The position numbers and the translations under genes are program-made. Positions 47,575-61,439 of a DNA stretch of 64,000 nucleotides are shown in pieces (positions within the stretch are counted from its first letter, which is position 1; each line of letters begins with the position of its first letter). The stretch is from the NCBI RefSeq assembly GCF_001194135.2, contig NC_068983.1, forward strand, positions 167,747,529 through 167,811,528, given 5' to 3'. The notes under the pieces are model-generated. The model made no database searches and was not told where the DNA came from. It saw only the letters and a list, made by a program, of their open reading frames with translations. This DNA is from Octopus bimaculoides. Its lineage: Eukaryota.

Positions 47575-48503
47575 CATCCTCATCATCATTGTTTAACATC
47601 CGTTTTCCATGCTGGCATGGGTTGGATGGTTCGACTGGGGTCTGGGAAGCTAGAAGGTTGCACCAGGCCCCAATCTGATCTGGCAGTGTTTCTACAGCTG
47701 GATGCCCTTCCTTATGCTAACCACTCTGAAAGTGTAGTGGGTGCTTTTTTATGTGCCACTGGCAGAGGGGCCAGAGGGGGCTGGTATCAACTACAATTGG
47801 ATAGTGGTCTTTACGTGCCACCGGCATGGAAGCCAGTCGAAGCGACTCTGGCATCGGCCACGTTTGGATGGTGCTTTTTACGTGCCACCGGCACAGGGCT
47901 CACAACTACAATTTCCATTTGATTTGATTTTGATATTGCTGATGTTGATGTACTTGACTCAATAGGTCTCCTCAAGCATGGCATGTCGCTCCACGATTCA
48001 AGGTACTTTTGAATGGGCTGGTTATGCGACACTGGTGGAGGTTACAGCTGTGGAACTCACTTTATTTGCCTGGTTTTCTCAGTCACAGCATATCTCCAGA
48101 GGTCTCGGTCTTTCATCGTTGCCTCTGTGAGGCCCAATATTTGGAGGTCATGTTTGACCACCTCATCCCATGTCTTCCTGGGTCTACCTCTACCCCGGAT
48201 TCCTTCAACTGTTTGGGAGTGGCACTTCTTCACACATCTCTCCTCATCCATCCGTAGTACACGACCATACCAACACAAACGTTTCTCTTGCACACCACTT
48301 CCTATGCTTCCAATTCTCTCCAACATTTCTCTCAGGGCACTTACACTCTGTCATGTGTGCACACTGACATTACACATCCAGCGGATCATGCTAGCTTCAT
48401 TTCTTTCGAGCCTACGTATGTCTTCAGCAGTCACGGCCCATGTTTCACTGCCGCGAAGCATGACAGTTTGCACGCATGCATCATACAATCTGCCTTTCAC
48501 TCT
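47575..48503 (-). mobile_element. RTE LINE 3' fragment
   Basis: Minus ORF 48057..48326 (RLCWYGRVLRM...GRGRPRKTW...KTRQIK*), then 3' UTR and (CAT)n tail. Confidence 0.85.
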
Positions 48504-48714
48504 GAATAAAACATGTAGCTGTATAGCAAATATAAATTATAACTGAGAAGAAGCTTCAGAAACGTTTACATCAGGTTAAAACAATGAAGTATTACAACTT
48601 CAATTATATTGTAGTTGTATGTTTAAAATGTTTGGTTTGTGACTCCTCGGAAAGAAGACCATGGAAGCTAAATAACTCAGCCAACAGATAAGAATTTAGA
48701 GACTTATTAATGGA

Positions 48715-49040
48715 AGCTTCTGACAAAAGAGAGGAAGAGTTGGGTACAAATAGCTTAGAGGACAGTTGGAAGTTCCTGCGGGACAATCTACTGGAACTAT
48801 GGATGAAATCTGTGGTTGGTGCAGAGTCCCAGCTAGACCAAGGATGACATGGTAGTGGAGCAAGGAGGTTGATAGTGCTATAAAAGCAAAATGACAGTCC
48901 TGGAAAGACTGGAAAAATGGTGGAAGCATAGAATTATATCAGGTAGCCAGAACGGCAGCTAGGCGTCAGGTGTACATAGCAAAAGAAGTAGCTGAAGGTA
49001 AGAGATTTGCAAATGTTCTTCAGTGTGAGGATCAGAGGTA
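48715..49040 (+). mobile_element. RTE LINE ORF2 linker fragment
   Basis: Translates as ...WKFLRDNL...ICGWC...SWKDWKNGG...YQVARTAARRQVYIAK...FANVLQCEDQR; homologous to 23680-23800(-). Confidence 0.7.
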
Positions 49041-51927
49041 TAAAATAGACAGGCAAATTTCTATATTAGTTTACATGCAAAATACACACACACACACATA
49101 CACACACCTTTTAAGTCACAATAATTTTCATATAACATTCACCAATCAATTGTTATTTCTTTATTCCTTGCACAAGTAGTTTCATTGAGACCTATGAAGG
49201 TTGTAAAAATGCTTGTATTTCATAAGACTGTTGATTCTGTTTACCTCTGGTATAGCCTTCATGAGCACTTGGTTATTATATCAAATCTGGGATTACTTTA
49301 TCTTCACACTTTCTGCATGTTATCACCACTCACTCGATAATCTTCAAACAACATCACACACAGTATGCATGTTATATGCAGAAATCACTTGATATATATA
49401 TGTCACCCATTTTCTTCTTTAAGATATTCAAGATTTGCTTCTTCAAGAAATTCAAAAATATTTCCTATTTCCACATTTTTCTACCTTGGAATTGATGAAT
49501 AGATACAAGTAAACAACCTCTTATCCCAAACACTTGGCACCAGGCATATTCCAGTCTTCTGACTTTTTCAGATTTTGGAGATAGCCTTGCAGTATATTAA
49601 TAAGGTATATCCAAGGGCAGCATTTCAGGCCCCTTGGCAAATTAATGCACTGCTCTCTATAGCATTTATTTATTGACAGCAAACCACAACATGCATAGGT
49701 CAGAATTGGGCCCATAGACCTGTCGGGCGCCTGGGCAACTGCCCAATGTGCCCATCCTTTAAGATGACCCTAGTATATCCTTGATTATTAGTCATGGTTC
49801 CCAGGAAATAGCTTAGGTCAACATTCTAACTTTTAAAAGAAAACTCTGATTCATATATGTCTTGATCATAGGTTGAACTTTAAGTTTTGTGCCCATTAGT
49901 TTACACTTATCAGTGTATTGTTAAGCAGACCCTAGTAGGGCAATTAAATGTTTTTTACCAACTTACTGTAATTATGAGGAAAATATCACTGGTTAGTTTA
50001 GGATAATGTAAAACTGCACAAAAAACAAGGACATGTACATATGACATGCCTAGCAAAGGTACTTAAACACAGCTCAGTGAAAGTATCACACAATATTGTT
50101 TATTTGCATTATGAATATTCACATTGAGTGAAAATAAATAAAGACTTTAAATGATGTATTGTTGTTTATTTGTATTGAAATAAACTGGTAAAGGATGTGG
50201 GATAAAGACTGACCATAAAATTATTAGTGGACTTTTATTTCTCAGTAAAACATTCAGTAAAGTTGGTGCCAAATGTGAGCTTTGGTGTGTAGATGGCCAC
50301 TGTGAAAAAAATTCAGAATTTTGGATAAGAATTTGTGTATTTGGATTGATAATTTTATTAATAATTATTAACAGTGTAACTTTTAATTAATTGATTTCAG
50401 TTCTATTTACATTTAGAACCCAATGCTGCTGTTTAGGTTATGTTTTTTTAAAAACATGTTAGCCATTCAAAACCACACAAAAACTGTCAACTTCACTTAA
50501 TCATTTATTATTTAGTGTCACATTTTTGTCATACAATCTGCAACCTAATCACTGAATGATTAAATGAAGTCAACAGGTTTTTATATGTTTATGAATGACT
50601 AATATGATGTAATTGCTTTAGTTTCAACATATGGTCTCAGCTCAAATCACTGCCATAGAAGTACAATTCTAAAATATTTCAGAGTTTCATTTAAATGCTT
50701 GCATTTAAAATTGCTTATATTGCTATTTCTCCTTACACTTGAAGCTCAGACATTATCTTTGAAATGCTAAAGAACAAATGCTTGGGGTTTCAGTTTTGTT
50801 ACTGTTGTACACAGATCTTTGCTGTAGATCTCAATATGAATCTGGGGCTGGGTGTCTGCACAAATGAGTTTTAATGTAAAATATATTTTTGGTGGCCACC
50901 TATCAGATTCAAGTGACAATCAGAATAAGACCAAAACCCAGATTTGATATACAAAAAATGTAGACTTGAGTCTAAGGCTGGTCACTGCTGCAGTTCCTTG
51001 ATGGGTTTCTTCAGGTCTCATAATAGGACCCGAACTCATCATTGTGAGCTAACAAAAAGATTTTGCTCCTGGCAGTGGTGAACTCTACCTACCATGCCAG
51101 ATGAACTAAACCTATGTCCTGACCATGTACAAAGGTGGAAATTGAACTACAGATCTTTGTATTTAACTACCTTATCAACATGGCCACCTGTACTAGTTTT
51201 GTTTTTTAATTGATGTTTGTTACCTGACAGTGTACATCTATATGGAATTGAACTAGAATGGTTGACTCGGAAGAATTACTTTCTGTTACCAAAACTTTAA
51301 CCCATATATGCTTTACACAAATTTCTGATAGAGAAATGAAGAGTTAGGAAAAGTTACTCGGTTGATATCATTTTACATTTATATAAATACAGTTTTTTTA
51401 GTTTGAATTGTGCTTCTGTCAAACTTTGTCACCATACATCCATAACACAAATATGTTGCTCCTCCTCTCCCTGTTCCTCGTCTTCTTCCCTCTCTTCTGC
51501 TTTGTTCTTTTGCTGCACATATGTCTCTACACACTCACACCACTCCCCATATGCTATTACAAATACTTCACTGTGCACACATCAATATTCATACATACTG
51601 CAATACACTGCACATGTTATAGCACGCATCATGTCACTACACATACATTCCGAATCCATTTCAAACATTGGCATGAATTGCACACACACAAGTTTTCGTC
51701 TCTGCCTAATTAATGGTGTTAATTTTCTCATGCACATTTCTGTATGCAGTTATCACAATGACATTTGCAGCAATTACATTTTTCTATCTGAGTTTGTCTG
51801 TTTTTATGCAACAACAATTTTCTTCATTTTTTTCTCCCTTTTCTGTATTGTAAGATATCTGTTGCCATGTTTTGTGTTTTCTTTCAATATTTTGCACTGC
51901 ACTATGCCACCATGTGTTTCTAAACAG

Positions 51928-52101
51928 AATGGTTCTTTTGAATGCCACTCAAAATCCTGCCCTCAACTGAGCACTTGCACCAATCCTGTGATCCGTGACT
52001 GTTGTCCGGAGTGCTTTAACTGCATGTATGGAGGTCAGGAATGGCTGAATCTTAGTAATTTTACTGATCCTCAAGATATGTGTGGAGAGTGTTTATGTGA
52101 G
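51928..52101 (+). CDS. Exon 25: VWC18 C-half plus VWC19 N-half
   Basis: NGSFECHSKSC...CCPECFNCMYGG...CGECLCE; acceptor aaacag|aa, donor GAG|GTTGGT, phase 0-0. Confidence 0.9.
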
Positions 52102-52584
52102 GTTGGTACATTTTAACCTTTCAATATTGTTTTGTTTTATTTTTTTCTTATTTAACCAGTTTGTTATTATATTTCTTTTGAAGTAAATTACTTTCATTTC
52201 AAACATTTCTGAATCCTGAAAAAAGAATATAAAGTTTTTCACTTATCTTATATATAATTAATATCCTCTATTCCACTGGAATTTCAATAATAGATTTTAG
52301 TGATTTAAAAAGGGTTACACTGGAGTGCTCACCTGTTCCCTCCTCCAAAACCTTTCTTGTTGATTACAGCAGTAAACAATTATTACCTGTGACAGAGGTC
52401 ACTAGGAGTTGTCTGGATGTGAACTCATTTTCTGACTGAGTCCTGCATCTCATTGACTTGTTACACACATGGAAAAACAAAGGATCTATTCTTTTAGTTT
52501 CTCATATATTCACTCAGAAAGACCTTCCAGTTACAACCACCCCAGGTGTGGGTGGTTTGTCTGGTATTTGTTGGAGGTAATCAT

Positions 52585-53060
52585 CTAGGGACCTTTTGAA
52601 TGCTTCTTTATGTAGGCTGGCACGATGTTGAAGAGAGCAGGGCCAGTTGAGGTGAAATAGTTCTGTTGTAGTGTTGGGATACGAAACAAACCTGATTTGT
52701 GTAGTGGATGGATAGCATGGGGGCCAAGCCTTGGATGAATTTTAAAGATGATACCTATATCATTTGGGCAATGATGATGGAATATTTTCCGCATCATACT
52801 GATGATATAGCACTCACGGCAACATTGGAGGGAGCAAAGCCTGAGTTTTTTGAGTCGATCCCAATAATCAAGGCTTGTCATGCCTTCTATGTTTTTTGCG
52901 ATTGATCTCTGGGGAGCTTCAATTTTCATAATATTTTGTACCTTGTGGGGGGACCACAGCAAACAACAGTATTCAAGGTGGGGATGAGCAAAAGTAGAAT
53001 AATGGTAGGGGCGTCTCAAGACCAGAAAGTCCTGAGGATAGAGGAGTACACCCTGCAAGC
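52585..53060 (-). mobile_element. CR1/L2-like LINE ORF2 C-terminal fragment
   Basis: PHLEYCCLLWSPH...IEAPQR...YWDRLKKLRL; same family as the 61440-62830 copy. Confidence 0.75.
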
Positions 53061-53942
53061 CTTTGGTCGACTTTGCTGTTTATGTGAACACTCCAGCTTA
53101 TTTTGTTGTCAGCAGTAGCACCCAGGCCCCTAGCAGTGCTGGATGCCACAAGGTTTCGCCTGAGGGAAGAGTGCAGGGTTGCTGGAATGCAGTCTCTTTA
53201 AAAGAATGGATTAGGTTGAATTTAGTTTGAATTAATTTTGAAAATAAAGAATTTAGTAAAATAGTTTTGTCATTATGAAGCTGATATTTGAAACGAAAGA
53301 ATTAACTGTTTGATATCTTTGTTATTTATGAAACTAGTGTTTGGAAAATAAACTAACATGACATTTTGATGGCTGGTTTAAATTCAAGTCACTTTAAAAG
53401 CAACAAGTTTGTCTCATAAAACCAGTCTCTGGTGGGTTGGTATCAAAATGGCTCAGAGGAGTATTGATATAAGCTCTGCATCTGCTCAGGAAATTTGTCA
53501 TTTGATAAAAAAAAAAGCATTCTTGTCATAATGGTAACAATCCCCTCCCCCCACCCCCACCCATTTATTTGCTAATTTGTCTACGATGAGTGAGTGTTCT
53601 CATTTTAATGGCTCAAGGTGAGAATTTTCAGACACAATTACCCCACTTTTCCTTCACAACCTGCAAACTTATTTTACTGTTGGTCTTAACTCTCATATCC
53701 TTTGCATCTTTACAGCCATTCACAGGCAGTCAGGGTTTATACTCTGAGTTCTCCTTATCTTCAAATCTGCCAAGCCCAAACTGCCCACCCAGTCGTACCA
53801 CTGGTGTAACTGTGGATACATTAGTGCTTTCTCCCAGAGACATACTTTAACAAAAGCTAAAGTATGCTCCCCCCCCCCCAATTTCCCTCTGTTGGGTTCA
53901 TCCAACTTTTGACAAATCTTGTTTTTGTCTTGTTCGGTTTCT

Positions 53943-53993
53943 AACGACCCTCCCCACCAGACAAACCATGTTTGTCTGGTGGGGAGGGTTGTT
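53943..53993. repeat. 24-bp hairpin with 3-nt loop in intron 25
   Basis: aacgaccctccccaccagacaaac-cat-gtttgtctggtggggagggttgtt: 23 Watson-Crick pairs plus one G.T. Confidence 0.9.
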
Positions 53994-54996
53994 GACGACC
54001 GGATTGGGTAACAAGTTGTACCAAACTATGTTATCAGTATTATTTATGAATGATCTGACATAATTTCTCAATGCAATTCTTTTTATCTCTTCTCATATTT
54101 TACTTCACTTTGAGCCTGTTGTATACACACACACACTCATATATGTGAGTGTGTGTGTGTGTATGTATGTATTTGCATGTCTGTGTTTGTCTCCCCACCA
54201 CCACTTCACAACCGATGTTGGTCTGTTTATGTCCCCATAACTTAGTGGTTTAGCAAAAGAGACCGATAGAATAAGTACTAGGCTTACAAAGAATAAGTCC
54301 TGGGGTCGATTTGTTCAACTAAAGGTGGTGCTCCAGCATGGCTGCAGTCAGATGACTGAAACAAGTAAAACAAATGAAAAAAAAAGGATAGTACCTGTCC
54401 CCATTCTCCCTTATGATTGTTTCTATCTGTTGAGATTATGTTAAATTACTTTGTCATTTTGTTTCACTGATGGAGAGAATTATGTACAATCCTCTTCTTG
54501 ACTTGGCTTGACTTGCAGAGTTGGTTCATTTCGATACATCTCCATCCATGTTCTCCACTCACTATCCATGGGAAGATTGCTGGCCTGGAGTCTTCAGGCC
54601 CCTCCTCCATAGGGTCCTGTCAGAAGCAACCACTCTGTAGCTGGATTGCTAAGCATGACCAATGGAGACTATGGATATTGTCCAATCCAATCATCTCATT
54701 CTTAGTCTACCCCTACATCTCATGCCAGTTGGATCAGCTTGAAGAATCCCTCTCATGACTTTTTTCCTTCAACATTCTAATCACATGTCCATGGTACCAA
54801 AGCTGTGACCTCTCAATGTTATTACATGACATTATTTTGGCAGCTAGAAGCCTGGTTTGTGTGTGTGAGAAAGAGAGAGAGAGGATGTGTGTACGAGGGA
54901 AATGCTCTGCTGCACAAGCTAACTCCATAGTTAGAAGCAAATGTCTAGACAACTATTCTAAACATTTTACTAACAAACTTATTAGTTGTATTGCAG

Positions 54997-55090
54997 GATG
55001 GGAATGTTAGTTGCCACAGGATGTCATGTGCCCAACCTGACTGTGATAACCCAATAAGAGTGGCTGGTCAGTGTTGTCCTGCTTGCCCAG
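54997..55090 (+). CDS. Exon 26: VWC19 C-half (DGNVSCHRMSC...GQCCPACP)
   Basis: Acceptor ttgcag|ga, donor CAG|GTAAGA, phase 0-1. Confidence 0.9.
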
Positions 55091-55242
55091 GTAAGAAGTA
55101 TTCTTAATAAATATGACACAAACTGATTTAAAGGTTTTCATTTTTTTAAAAATAAGGTTATCATTTATTATATTGTTGTATGGTTAAGAAGTTTGCTTCC
55201 TAACCACATTGTTTCAGATTCAACCCCACTGTGTGATACATA

Positions 55243-55275
<33 letters not shown>

Positions 55276-55319
55276 GCTGTGCGTGAGAAGACACNNNNNN
55301 NNNNTATATATATATATAT

Positions 55320-55897
55320 GCTGTGCGTGAGAAGACACGGCAAGCCAAGTGAGACCTAAATCCAAGGCCTCTGCCAGGATGCGTATCTTCCTACGTTGGA
55401 CACTAAACTCTGCTTGCGAAGACCTGTTGAGGCAAGTGAAATCGAACTTAATTTGATGGCTGGCACCCATGCCAATGTCATCTCCTTCATTGGACATGAA
55501 ACTCGGCTTGCAAAGACCTGTTGAGGCAAGCAAAAGCGAAATCGTGATGGCACCTGTGCCCTGGAACTTGTGCCGGTGGCATGTGTAAAGACATTCGAGT
55601 GAGATCGTTGCCAGTGCTGCTGGACTGGCTCCTGTGCAAGTGGCATGTAAAATACACCATTTTGAGCATGACCGTTGCCAGTACCGCCTGACTGGCTTTC
55701 GTGCCGGTGGCCCGTAAAAGCACCCACTACACTCTCGGAGTGGCTGGCATTAGAAAGGGCATCCAGCTGTAGAAACTCTGCCAAATCAGATTGGAGCTTG
55801 GTGTAGCCACCTGGTTCACCAGTCCTCAGTTAAATCGTCCAACCCATGCTAGCATGGAATTGCGGACGTTAAACGATGATGATGATGATGATGATGA
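55320..55897 (+). mobile_element. RTE LINE 3' UTR with (GAT)n tail
   Basis: Reverse complement of the 1091-1800 region; ends ccatgctagcatgg...gacgttaaacgatgatgat. Confidence 0.8.
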
Positions 55898-55908
55898 TAC
55901 ACACACAC

Positions 55909-55957
<49 letters not shown>

Positions 55958-57909
55958 CCACCTAGTCTTGACATTACATATTAGTTGTAAATGAGTGTCA
56001 TTGTCATAAAAGCAGTGTCAATAATTTCCAATTTTCTGTGAAAACATCTGGCTGTGGAGAAGTATTATCTTGCTTGAAACCAGGTGAGGGTTGGTGACAG
56101 GAAGGACATCCAGCCATAGAAAATTTACCTCAGTAAATTCCATCTCACCCATGCAAGCATGGGAAAATGGATGTTGGAATCATGATGATAATGATTTCAA
56201 AGATAAAAAATAAAGTGAAGAATAACTGGTTGAAACTTTTTGTTTTGTAGGTAAGCTAAATCACAATCTATGACGTTATAAAGTAATGAGAGGTAATAAT
56301 TTTAACAACAAAGTTGAGTCTCCAATACCTGACCATTTGGTCGAGTCACCTGCTTAACACAAATGTCAAATGTACCATTTTACAGCCATGTTACATGTGT
56401 TTATTTTCTCCATGCTATGTAATTCAGTTGTGCCAGGCATGGAAACTAGATGTTAAATGATGATGGTAATTCTGCAAACTTAGATGTATGTATTAAGTGT
56501 TAGAGTGATTTTGCATGGAAGTGAAAGGAGATATTTTTCAGTAACTGGGTAAATCCTAAAAGAAAACAAAAACAAGTTGTGTAAAGGAAGATGTTATATA
56601 ACTAGAAGGATCCGAATTTGAGATTTTGGGGATAATACGACATGGCTGTGTGGCTAAGAGGCTTGATTTGGAAGCATTTGGTTTTGAGTTCAGTTCTATT
56701 GTGTGACACTTTGGGCGTCTTCTATAGTCCTAGACCATCCAATGTCTTGTGAGTGGATTCAGTAGATGGAAACTGTGTGGAAGCCTGTAATGTATATATC
56801 TGTATATCTTTACATGACATGTATTTATATGAGTTTGTCTTCCCCATAGCTTTACAACTGGTGTTAGTTTGTTTACATCCTCATAAACTAGAGGTTCAGC
56901 AAAACATCAATAGAATTGGTACCAGACCTAAAACTAAGAAGTACTGGTTATTGGTTTGTTCTCCATTTCTATGTTCCAGGAAATGGAGAATAATGACCTT
57001 GTCGTCCACCAGAATGGTTACCATGACTTTCTGCACCATTCTGGTTCTTGAAATTCTTAGATCTTGAAGAAGAGATGTGATGCTATTCTATAAGCCTTTG
57101 TTTCTGAGTCATAAAGAAATGACGATGTTTGAGTTCCTTTCACTTGAGAATGGAATGGATTTTCACTCACTTCAACTGTTTCCACCAGAATTGAAGCAAG
57201 TCCTCACCCTTCTCTCCTTCAAATCAAGTGTCAGCTGCTAAAATGCTTAACCTTTTGCACGTAAAGGATGAATATAACTAAGACGAAGTGTCTTAGTTAT
57301 ATTGTGGGGAATATAAGTGATAGATGATTAGTGGGGAAGAGTAGGTGACAGCTGTAAAAATTTGGTGGGATCAAGGGTGTGGGTGTAGTGAAGGTTGTTA
57401 ATGATACTTATAAGTTGAAGGGAAGTTGGCGGGAGTAGGAAACGACTAACAGTGCAGAAAAGGAAGGGGTGAAGAGCGGCAAAATAGCAAAGGTAATATG
57501 ATAAATAGATGTAAGTTGATTAGTGATTAAACAACTGTGGATGTTTTTCAGTCAAATTGCAATGGAAGTTTTCTCTAGGCAATATACTTTAAAATGGCAA
57601 CTGCTTCAAAGTTCACTTATTTTGTGTAACTTACATTGTTAATAATTTTGAGAAAGGCTTAATGTCACATTGTATCATTTCACCTTTTCAATAAACCTGG
57701 AACTTAGGTTTTATGTTTACATCAATGAAAAATCACACAACACCTTTTGGACTGTACATACATATTTTCCTGTCATGGCTGTTTGTATGCCTTTACAGAC
57801 TTTATTTTTCTATTCTGATGAAAAGACTTACATGTAAAAACAGTATTGACAAATGATATAAATGCTTGCATCTTTACTCATTACATATTTAAAAAATTTT
57901 ATCTTCTAG

Positions 57910-57995
57910 ATGCTTGTGAATATAATGGACAAGTTTATGAAAATGGTGAAAACTTTGCTGATGCCTCAGACCAGTGCAAAGAATGTACCTGTCTT
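57910..57995 (+). CDS. Exon 27: VWC20 N-half (DACEYNGQVYENGENFADASDQCKECTCL)
   Basis: Acceptor cttctag|at, donor CTT|GTTAGT, phase 1-0. Confidence 0.9.
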
Positions 57996-58792
57996 GTTAG
58001 TAACTTAAAACATATTTAATTTCTTCATTAGTGTCCATAAATAGGATGAGATATTATGTTTTTCATAGTTTTTATTAAATTATGAAAAAAAAAAAAACTA
58101 TTAAGTATAAAAGCCTTTCTTTAATATAATCCTATTCTATTCAGTTGCAAAATGATTCAAATCTATTTTACTGTTGTGTGATTATATTTTTTTGTATCAT
58201 AGATTCTAGGCACAGATGTGGTTGTGTAGTAAAGAAGTTTGTTTCCCAACCACATAGTTTTGGGTTTAGTCCCACTGTGTGGAACCTTGGGCAAGTATCT
58301 TTTAGTATAGCTTAAGGTCAACCAAGGTTCTGTAAGTGGATTTGGTAGACAGAAACTGATAGAAGCCTGTTGTATATTTGTGTGTGAGTGCATTTGTGTT
58401 TCCTTCTCTTGGCATTGTGTGACATTTATAAATGAGTATCACCATCATAAATTGATGGCCTTCATTTCTAATGTTCCATGAAAACATGTCCAGCCATTGG
58501 GAAATATTACCTTACTTGGAAACAGGTGAAAGTTGGGGACAGTAAGAGCATTTGGCCAAAATACAATCTGTTTCAATGGATTTTGTCTCATCCAAACAAG
58601 CAAGGAAAAGTAAACATGAAAATGATGAGATTTGTTGGAAGTAGTTTTGACCTGAAGCTACTGTTTCTTTTTTCACATTACAAATTAACTTTAATAAATT
58701 ACTTTTAACTTTTCACAACATTGTTTTTTCTAATATAAAATGCAACGTAACTTTCTCTTGGCTTCATTATAATTGTACATCTTGTCTTTTAG

Positions 58793-58957
58793 GCTGGCTA
58801 CGTTAACTGTTCCTCGCTACAGTGTAATCCTGTGACCTGTACTCATCCTTCCAATAATAATTGTTGCGATGTGTGTTATGACTGTGTCTACGAAGGCAAC
58901 TCTGTATCCAATGGCCACAGCTTCAAGAAAGATGCCTGCCAGACCTGTACATGCAGG
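58793..58957 (+). CDS. Exon 28: VWC20 C-half plus VWC21 N-half
   Basis: AGYVNC...CCDVCYDCVYEG...DACQTCTCR; acceptor tttttag|gc, donor AGG|GTGTGT, phase 0-0. Confidence 0.9.
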
Positions 58958-59202
58958 GTGTGTTTCAGTTTGAAATATTTTTGAAGTGTTATTTATTTCA
59001 CTGTTGTTAATACAATGGTTCTTTGCTCAGTCTTTTGTAACTTCAGGAGTTTCTAGCAAGGTTAGTGAATAACTTACATAGTTTCATATGGGATCATAAT
59101 AATAATAATTTTACTCTTACCCTATTGTCTTACTTCAGTTGAAAATACTGACACTGTAACAGTTTAGAAGACACACACACACACACACACTCTCTCTCTG
59201 TG

Positions 59203-59279
<77 letters not shown>

Positions 59280-59459
59280 GGTTCCACATTCTTCAAACTC
59301 CTGGAAATGGTTGTGGATAGAAATGAAGAAACTCTGGGCTAAAGTAGTTCCGTTTTGCAAGAACGTAAATGGAAGAACTGTTGAGAAAGAAGAAAAAGTA
59401 ACTTTAAAAATTTTAATTTGCTATTCTCAGTTTACATTTTCTAAATGCTACAATTTCAG

Positions 59460-59553
59460 GATGGTAATGTGATTTGTATTAAAGAAAGCTGCCCTCCACT
59501 TAATTGTCCCTTGGCAGAAAGATTACCAGGACAATGTTGTGCTCAGTGTCAAG
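59460..59553 (+). CDS. Exon 29: VWC21 C-half (DGNVICIKESC...GQCCAQCQ)
   Basis: Acceptor tttcag|ga, donor AAG|GTAAAG, phase 0-1. Confidence 0.9.
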
Positions 59554-59664
59554 GTAAAGGCATTTCTTTTTCAAAACTGTTCTCTGAAGCCATCTGTTAA
59601 CCCCTAAAAGCAAGTTGAATGATATCTAAGTCCTGGATTTACTGTCATTGTATTTGTTTTCCAG

Positions 59665-59838
59665 AATGCACTTACAAGGACCGTACTTACAAGAATGGAG
59701 CAATGTGGTTCTCAGATGATGACTCCTGCACCTCTTGTACCTGCCATGATGGTTCAGTGACATGTTCAGAACTCCAGTGTATCGTGCCATGTTCCAATTA
59801 TGTTGAAGAACAAGATCAATGTTGTCCTGTGTGTCCAA
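59665..59838 (+). CDS. Exon 30: complete VWC22
   Basis: ECTYKDRTYKNG...CTSCTC...QCCPVCP; acceptor ttccag|aa, donor CAA|GTAAGG, phase 1-1; the preceding intron is only 111 bp. Confidence 0.92.
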
Positions 59839-60229
59839 GTAAGGCAATTAGTATTCTCAGCTTAATTTTTGTCTGTAGGAGCTGTGCAGAAATCATTTAG
59901 TCTTGTGTTGTTAAAATTGTTAATGTTCAATACCAACCAGAAGGCACAAAAACTGCAACTTTTCATCCTTATGTAATTATACTGTAAACATATAATTGAT
60001 AAATGATGTAATTATTAAAGCAATATGATGGAATATTGCATTGAATGCCCTGATTTCATCTCCCTATGTCGGGAAATTCACCAGAACCATAACAGGTTGG
60101 GATTAAGGGAGGCAGTCACACCACCCTCCCTTCCTATGTGAAAGGGCACAAAATTTCTTACTGCTTATTTTGTGTGTGTATGATATATATATATTATACA
60201 CACACACATTCCATCCACTACAAGCACAC

Positions 60230-61100
60230 AGATTCATACTCCTATTTCAATTTCTCCTCCTCCCACCTTACTCACACCAAGCTCTCTCGATCCCTACTCT
60301 CAATTCCTCCATCTACACTGGTTCTGCAAGGATGACCATGACTTTGGGACCCAGTCTCGACTCACCACTTCACCTTACATGGACATTCCCTCACCATTAT
60401 CCACACTGCCCCTGCTTGGGCACAATCAATTGATCGTGCCTCTGCTCTCTCTCCTTGCACATGCCCCACCCTTACCTGCCTCCCTTTCCCCTTCACCACT
60501 CCTCCACACTACCCCTTCAGTGCACCATTCTCTGAGCCTTCCTTCGACTCCAATTCGACCCTGCCACCTTACATATTTTCCCTAACATACTCCTTCCCTC
60601 CTTTAAACGAGCCCATAACCTGCATGACCTCCTGGTTCACAGTTTCTTCCCTACTCCTGCCTCCCAACCTGGCTCCTTCTCTCACCTATGCTGTTGCACC
60701 TGCTCCTACCTCTCCAACTATCCTCACTGGCACCCACCACCTCCCCCTATCATATCACCAACTCCTTTACCTACACTTCCAGTAATGTTATCTACTGCAT
60801 CTCCTGCTCTCTCTCTCTCTCTCTCTCTCTCTCCTTCCTTGTACATTGGTCAGATGGGATGCTGCTTGGTTGACTGGTTTGCTGAGCACCTCCAAGACAC
60901 CAGACTCGGCAGTGACACACTGGCCTCACACCACTTCCACTCCACTGGTCATTTGCAACAACATCTGTGTATTTGGATTATCTCTGCACAGGGGCCACCC
61001 AGACTCCCTCCTTCACCATGAACAGGAACTAATCTTCTCCCTTCATTCCTTTGCCCTTTATGTTCCCAACTCACCACCTCTCTTCATCTAACACCAATCC
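60230..61100 (+). mobile_element. Penelope-like element relic (RT C-terminal linker plus GIY-YIG endonuclease)
   Basis: KRAHNLHDLLVHS, then FTYTSSNVIYCISC-[(CT)n]-SLYIGQMG...FAEHL and HHFHSTGH, matching the PLE GIY-YIG pattern; broken by a (CT)n expansion at 60808-60833. Confidence 0.75.
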
Positions 61101-61439
61101 CACACAAATTCCCACACACCTTTCTCTTTCAACTGCCCCTCCCCCTCCACTCATACACCTGCACACCACCTACCTCAGTACCCTCACCAGATGACACTAC
61201 TATACAAACACTCATACACACTATTCAACTCATTACTCACATCATACACACCCACAAACACCTTTCTGCTTCATACACACCATTATCCATGCACACTCTT
61301 CAATAGCATCACCACACCACTATACGAGCACCCTTACACACACCACCATGCACACTCCCACACCCTCACACACTCATATGCATTCCCACTCCACACATGC
61401 ACTGAGTTACTTATACACACACACAGACAACATGGCACA

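Noticed and set aside
49505-50350. Possible Tigger/pogo-like MITE ends
   Set aside because: Resemblance is from memory only, and I could not align the two ends as clear inverted repeats.
51403-51927. Long hydrophobic 5' extensions of ORFs 51403..52116, 46412..47017, 18390..18869 and 45681..46079 as signal or transmembrane segments
   Set aside because: They are intronic read-through upstream of clear acceptors; the Cys pattern starts exactly at the AG.
55255-55340. Direct repeat tatatatgctgtgcgtgagaagacac on both sides of a short N-run
   Set aside because: Identical sequence flanking a 10-N gap is the signature of an unmerged contig overlap, not a biological duplication.
56753-57250. Possible extra exon after ttccag at ~56980
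   Set aside because: No VWC Cys pattern and stops in the frames examined; exons 26 and 27 already join in phase into consecutive VWCs.
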